Source of the DNA: Laetmonice hystrix
Lineage: Eukaryota
DNA length: 64,000 nt
Assembly (NCBI GenBank): GCA_965235115.1
Contig: OZ249440.1
Span: 19,654,001 to 19,718,000, forward strand
Reading direction: 5' to 3'
Shown here: positions 62,261 through 64,000 of the stretch, piece by piece
Numbering within the stretch: the first letter of the stretch is position 1
Layout: every line of letters starts with the position of its first letter
Made by a program: the position numbers and the translations under genes
Notes under the pieces: generated by a model
The model's database searches: none
What the model was told of the DNA's origin: nothing
What the model saw: the letters and a program-made list of their open reading frames with translations, nothing else

Positions 62261-64000
62261 AAAGGTTCTCCATACTTATTACTCCTTGGAGATTAGGAAA
62301 TTCAAATAAAATCCCACAGTTCGATCCGCTACAATATTCCCAGTATGTTCTTTATTGTAGCATGTATACGTATTCATGACATTCTATTCTGATTAATCTA
62401 AAAATGACTTATTAAACATATTTGTGTCTAGATACTTGTACGTTGAGGGTTTTTCCAAAGATTCAGCGCTGAGTTGAGGTTTGTGATCTGCACAGAACAG
62501 AATATTTCATTCTATGTCTATGCCGTGCATGTTGCACGTTATATAACCATTGTCATCGAAAAAAATGTAAATGAGTAAGGCGTTGTCCAGGTGTGCGCTT
62601 TCTTCTGTATCATCAACCAAAGTAAACGACTTATTGTGGTACTCAAGATGGCCAACAGTCGCCAACCGAACGAGAAACCAACAATCCACGACCATACCAG
62701 AAACACTCGCTGGAACGTGCCTATAGGCATTGGTTTTATAAAGCGGTCTGACAATAAAAAATCACGCTAAATGAATAAAGCTTGTACCAGCAAATCTGAC
62801 AAAACCACATCCTTTGACTGCTCCGGGATGGCGAGTCTCATGGCCATTTTAGATCTCAGTATATTACTGGCATCGATATTTTATCATTTGAATGGGAATA
62901 GCACCTCCGTACCTCGTCATGATTTAATGATTCGCTAGTTGGAAGGAACACTTTCAAACGCGTCGAGATGAACAAAATTAGGCAATCGATACCTGTCTCG
63001 CCCTCAGTCGTAATGAAATAAATTTGTACCGGTGATAGGACGACGGGGACTTGGACCGCTCCTCGCCACTGACTGGTGTCGCTGTGCCCAGTGCTGGACC
63101 GCTGCCATTTCAAATAGCATTGAGAAACTCGCATAAACGATTTAAACCGAGGGAAACAACGTTAAATACTTGATATCCTTGGACATTAAGATCCCTAATC
63201 AAGTCTCTCTTGAGTGGTAAAGTTTTCAGAATCATTTCCTGAGTGTCACGTGGCTATCTGCAAGTGTCATATACCTCAAGGGTAGAACTCTCTTACATAC
63301 AGAACATCCTAGCCCGTTTAGTATGTCCCGACTCAGAGATCACCGACCTCCACACGCTTCGCCTATGTCTACTAAAGAAGCGTATCTGAAGCCTTGCGCT
63401 GTCGTTGTTGAGACAAATTTTGCCAATTAACGACGTGTCTGTCTAAAGATAACTATGTTTTCGTATACCGTAGGGTCTTGGAAGACTCTTATTTCATCTT
63501 TCTCCGTGAAATTCACGTGAGATCATTTTCTATTGGCGTATAGTGTGGACATAGTGTCGAAGACTGGTTCATCGTGGGTTTCGGAGATTTAAGGTACGTG
63601 GTCATGATTAGTACTGTGACTTATTGAATCCACGAAACTTGTGTTTCCGGTCTCCTTAAAGCAATAAGTCAATAAAATGAGAGATACTCGCTGATTGCTT
63701 TAACGGGTGTTTAGTTTGAGAAAAGAAGCGAATCACCATCGCCATCATCCTATCGTTAAAGTCATCCCATGAGAATAGATTGCAATCCCGATTGATGCAC
63801 AAGTATGAATACATGTTTTAATTAATATGATTAATTAATCCCGGGGACAGTAAACAGGATAATTCAGTGGCACGTCCCTGAACCGTTGGTAACTTCCTCA
63901 TGACATGATGCCCTCACCCACGCACACCGCGATGATTATACATACGGCAGGACAGACTCTCGATCCACCAAACTAATTACGGTGTCTTTATATGCACGGC

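Noticed and set aside
62507-62754. GPCR-like hydrophobic ORF
   Set aside because: Short, no family motif and no supporting exon structure.

Overview
Repeat-rich eukaryotic DNA. The SINE, MITE and Helentron-like repeats point to an invertebrate bilaterian, but the species cannot be determined. I found no intact host gene, rRNA, true tRNA or CRISPR array; nearly all listed ORFs are tandem-repeat read-through, gap-spanning or chance. The window holds MITEs (Harbinger-, Tc1/mariner- and Kolobok-like), tRNA-derived and Deu/Nin-like SINEs, decayed LINE and Tc1 coding relics, at least seven minisatellites and three N-gaps. The standout is a 5,826-bp minus-strand element at 9486-15311 with split direct repeats (A1-interior-B1-A2-B2), the layout of Ngaro/PAT tyrosine-recombinase retrotransposons. 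Its repeat copies are essentially identical, the 7-bp core TTCCTTT sits at both ends and at the internal B1/A2 junction, and an inverted repeat brackets that junction. Its 4.5-kb interior has no recognisable gag/RT/YR ORF and is filled with nested AT-rich arrays, so it looks like a young non-autonomous passenger. A possible decayed RNaseH/YR relic of the same class lies at about 39600-39990. All alignments and motif calls were made by eye.
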